A stretch of 64,000 nt of DNA from the NCBI GenBank assembly GCA_032718475.1, contig JAUCBJ010004614.1:1-64000 (forward strand). Reading direction: 5' to 3'. Below are positions 61,048 through 64,000 of the stretch, one piece after another. Positions within the stretch are counted from its first letter, which is position 1; each line of letters opens with the position of its first letter. Made by a program: the position numbers and the translations under genes. The notes under the pieces were generated by a model, which saw only the letters and a list, made by a program, of their open reading frames with translations, was not told the DNA's origin and did no database searches. This DNA comes from Nemertoderma westbladi. Lineage: Eukaryota; Animalia; Xenacoelomorpha.

Positions 61048-63545
61048 TTTTGTCTCAACTTTTATTCTTAAATTGTTGCATTTTCGCTGGAATATACTGT
61101 ACCCCAAAATTCGTAGAAAATTGAGTACTTTTTTTTCTACTAAAATGTTTGCACGTAATTTGAGCAAAATCCATTCAAACACACAAAAGTTATCGCAACT
61201 TTAGTGTCTGCAAGTCGTAGGCCTATATATCCTATATTGGTTTATGTTGTTAAGCGGCTCTCTCTAGTTACGTAATAAATATTCGAGAACACTAATTATT
61301 CAACATTGAATAAGGCAGCATCAGGATTCAGGAGTTAAAGTGTAAAGTAATTTGAATTGCAGTAACAATGGAAGTAATATAGGAAAATACTGCAGTTCAA
61401 TTTATTTTGTAACACTAAATGGCTCTATCTTCTATTAAAGATTTAAGAAACAAAAAGTACCAATTTAAGAATAAAATTACGTATAACATTGGGAAAAATG
61501 TAGAATACTTTTCTCAATATTTTTGACCCTTTATCAACCTAGCTGGCGCCCGGTTAATAAAATACCTCGAGAATTAGTGAAAACAGGTTCAACATTTTTC
61601 CCAAGTAATACATAATTATATTATCATTATCAGCTGTCAAGTTCTTAATAACGTGAATATTGTTGGGCTTTATAAGTTGTTTTTGACAAGATGTTTGAAT
61701 CACAATAATTAATTATACTGTACTAAACGAACATCCCCACCCCCTGTTGAAATAATAATGATACATTTTGCTACCTTTACATAAAGCGCCCTCATTTGAT
61801 TACGGGTACTATTGGTCGATGTTTGTTATATTCAGTTATCATACAGCAGCTAATCGGCCAAATTTGTTAAATATGGAGTTGACAATGTTTTGATAATTAC
61901 AGAAAATTTTATTAGAGTGGCTTCACAAATCAACTAATGAAACTGAATCGCTTTTACGGTAAATTTACAAGAAAACATAAGAATGATTATTTCACCAATA
62001 CTCAAAACCTCGACAAAAATTCCAAATTAACAAAGAATATCAATAAATGTCCATTAATTTAATAATAGGCTAATACAACAACCATTTTTAGCCACCCCGT
62101 GTGTATTTTTTCTGTTTGCTGCTCCTACTGTATAACGCTTCTATCTCTGTGTCGGGGCCCCTTTTGTAAAGGCTCGTCCTCTTCTATCTCTATGCAGGGC
62201 TGTTTCGCCAAATGATGCACTTTTAGGGCTTCTTCTCTCTGGGCCTGATTTCCCAGTTTTAGGGTCTGTTTCGCCAGAACCTTTTGTTTTCGATCTTCTA
62301 TCTCTATCCAGGGCCGCTTCTCCAAAAGCTGCTTTAGCTCTTCTATCTCTAAACAGCGCCCGATTTTTAGATCTTCTATCGATATCCGAGGCCGTGTTGA
62401 CTAAAGCTTCTGCCATTACAACAATACATAGGCCTATCACTAGAACCACCATCATCTTCCCCTTTTCCCCCATTCTCTTCACCTAAAAAATAGATTATGA
62501 ACAGTATTTATGCATATGTGTGTATGCAAGAGTTCATGCGTCCGAGTTATTGAACTGAAATTGTTATTAAGTACAGTAGACCAATAGTACTAAAATTTTA
62601 CATCAATTTAACACTTTTGACCAGAAATATCAAGGATCGCAGGTGCGGTTTTCAACCCAAGGTGACCCAGATGGGCACATCGCTTCTATTTGAAAAAGGG
62701 ATAGTAAAAGTGTCTGAAACATTGATTGATTCAAACAATGATTCAAAACATGGAATCATACTGTAATTTTTTTATAATTTTGGGTCATTGTCAAATTTGA
62801 GAATTTGGTACGAACACGGATGAATTGAAAATTAATTTTGGATCACCCCACCTCCTTAACCACAGTATTAGGCCTACAGTAAGTCGGTAAAAGACAACTC
62901 TTTGTTGAATAAACATACATAAATCTCAAAAAATTATTAGTCAATTGAAAATACCGCCATATTTCCCCTAAAGGTTTGAGAGTGTCTTGTTAGAGAAACT
63001 TGTACTATCCTTCTTTCAACATGCCCCGCCCATATGTGTCGCCTACATACAGTAGATGTTTCCGGGCTCCCGGACTATAAGTCCAACCTGTTCTGGAGGT
63101 TTCCTTGAAGACTTGACTGAAATTTTTCCCAATCACTCTCGTATAAAGTTCCTTAAATAATTTATTTAATGTTTCTTAATTTTGTAAGGAAATGCTTCCT
63201 CTTGATTTGTGTGCGCTGTATATAGGGCTTACCCCTACAGTATAGGCCTATTATATGGATACATGTACGACAGATGCATTTAAGCCTACTGGTATAATCG
63301 AAAACGATTCATTTACAATTAAAATTGTCAGTTACACCGTGTGGGTGTACACAAGTATTATACAGCTATCTCAGTTATTTCAATATGTGCGTGGAGTATT
63401 TACGGTGGGTGCAGTATTATGTTACATCATAGGCCTAATCATCATACAGTACATACTGTACTGTATTGTCTTATTAATGAGAATGGCAGTATGTCCTGAA
63501 ACTCCAGATGTTGTGATTATATTATCCTAAATGCAAAACAATGTT
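61048..63545. repeat. Segmental/tandem duplicate of ~15570-20480 (unit carrying the prepropeptide-like gene)
   Basis: Colinear homology, e.g. CTAGTTACGTAATAAATATTCGAGAACACTAA (15841/61265), AAACGAACATCCCCACCCC (17153/61725), GGGCTCCCGGACTATAAGTCCAACC (19931/63064). Continues on the other side of the YR element at 26508-26584. Confidence 0.9.
62141..62473 (-). CDS. Putative secreted prepropeptide-like protein, paralog 2 (110 aa)
   Basis: Same TTTTTAG|GTG acceptor (62483/62482), signal-like MMVVLVIGLCIVVMAEA, DRR repeats, conservative substitutions relative to paralog 1. Confidence 0.62.
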   Translation of the reverse strand: MGEKGKMMVVLVIGLCIVVMAEALVNTASDIDRRSKNRALFRDRRAKAAFGEAALDRDRRSKTKGSGETDPKTGKSGPERRSPKSASFGETALHRDRRGRAFTKGAPTQR

Positions 63546-63732
63546 CCTTTGAAGAGGCAGTTGATTTACATCTTCTATCTCTATCCATGGCCGCTTCTCC
63601 AAAAGCTGCTTTAGCTCTTCTATCTATAGACAGTGCCCGTTTTTTAGATCTTCTATCGATATCCGAGGCCGTGTTGATTAAAGCTTCTGTCATTACAACA
63701 ATACATAGGCCTACCACTAGAACCGCCATCAT
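63517..63732 (-). pseudogene. Prepropeptide-like paralog 3, 3'-truncated
   Basis: Signal peptide and first three DRR units conserved; first ATG lost. After RDRR the ORF runs into sequence homologous to the upstream flank of paralogs 1/2. Confidence 0.55.
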
Positions 63733-64000
63733 TGTCCCATTTTCCCTAATTTATTTCACCTAAAAAATAAACTAGAACGCCATCAAGGTGGCTTTGAACG
63801 AACCTGTCTTAAACATTCTCCAAGAAACAGATGGGATTGGAAGATGCAAACCAAGAATGACTTTCATCAACCAAAAAACTGTCTCCCATTTAATGTAATA
63901 GTCGCCTAGGCAAGCAAATAATAATCACAATTACTGCGATGTATGAAATGTTATCCTTATCCGTAACCTGGGAAACGGCAGTTTATTCTGCGGAGGGGTC

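Overview
Eukaryotic (most likely metazoan) genomic DNA. It is AT-rich and dominated by transposable elements. Host genes: an intronless GMPPB (minus strand) is head-to-head with a two-exon SF3A1 (plus strand), and three tandem paralogs encode an unrecognised short secreted, prepropeptide-like protein with repeated DRR dibasic sites (17.6, 62.1 and 63.5 kb, minus strand). A 4.2-kb 14/15-bp satellite follows SF3A1. The interval 26.6-61.0 kb is one tyrosine-recombinase (Ngaro/DIRS-group) retrotransposon with A1...B1-A2-B2 split direct repeats. Once later insertions are removed, its gene order is RT/RNaseH - Gag(CCHC) - YR rather than gag-first, and its 5' leader carries an array of ~15 bulged hairpins. 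Two LTR elements inserted into it: a full-length BEL/Pao element and a gag-only LTR element. The BEL/Pao element itself holds a TIR element, a 16-bp satellite, a piggyBac-like element and a CR1/L2-group LINE, nested one inside the next. The gag-only element shares a covarying 3' RNA structure with a degenerate LTR element at 21-26 kb. All calls were made by eye from sequence motifs; no database searches were run.
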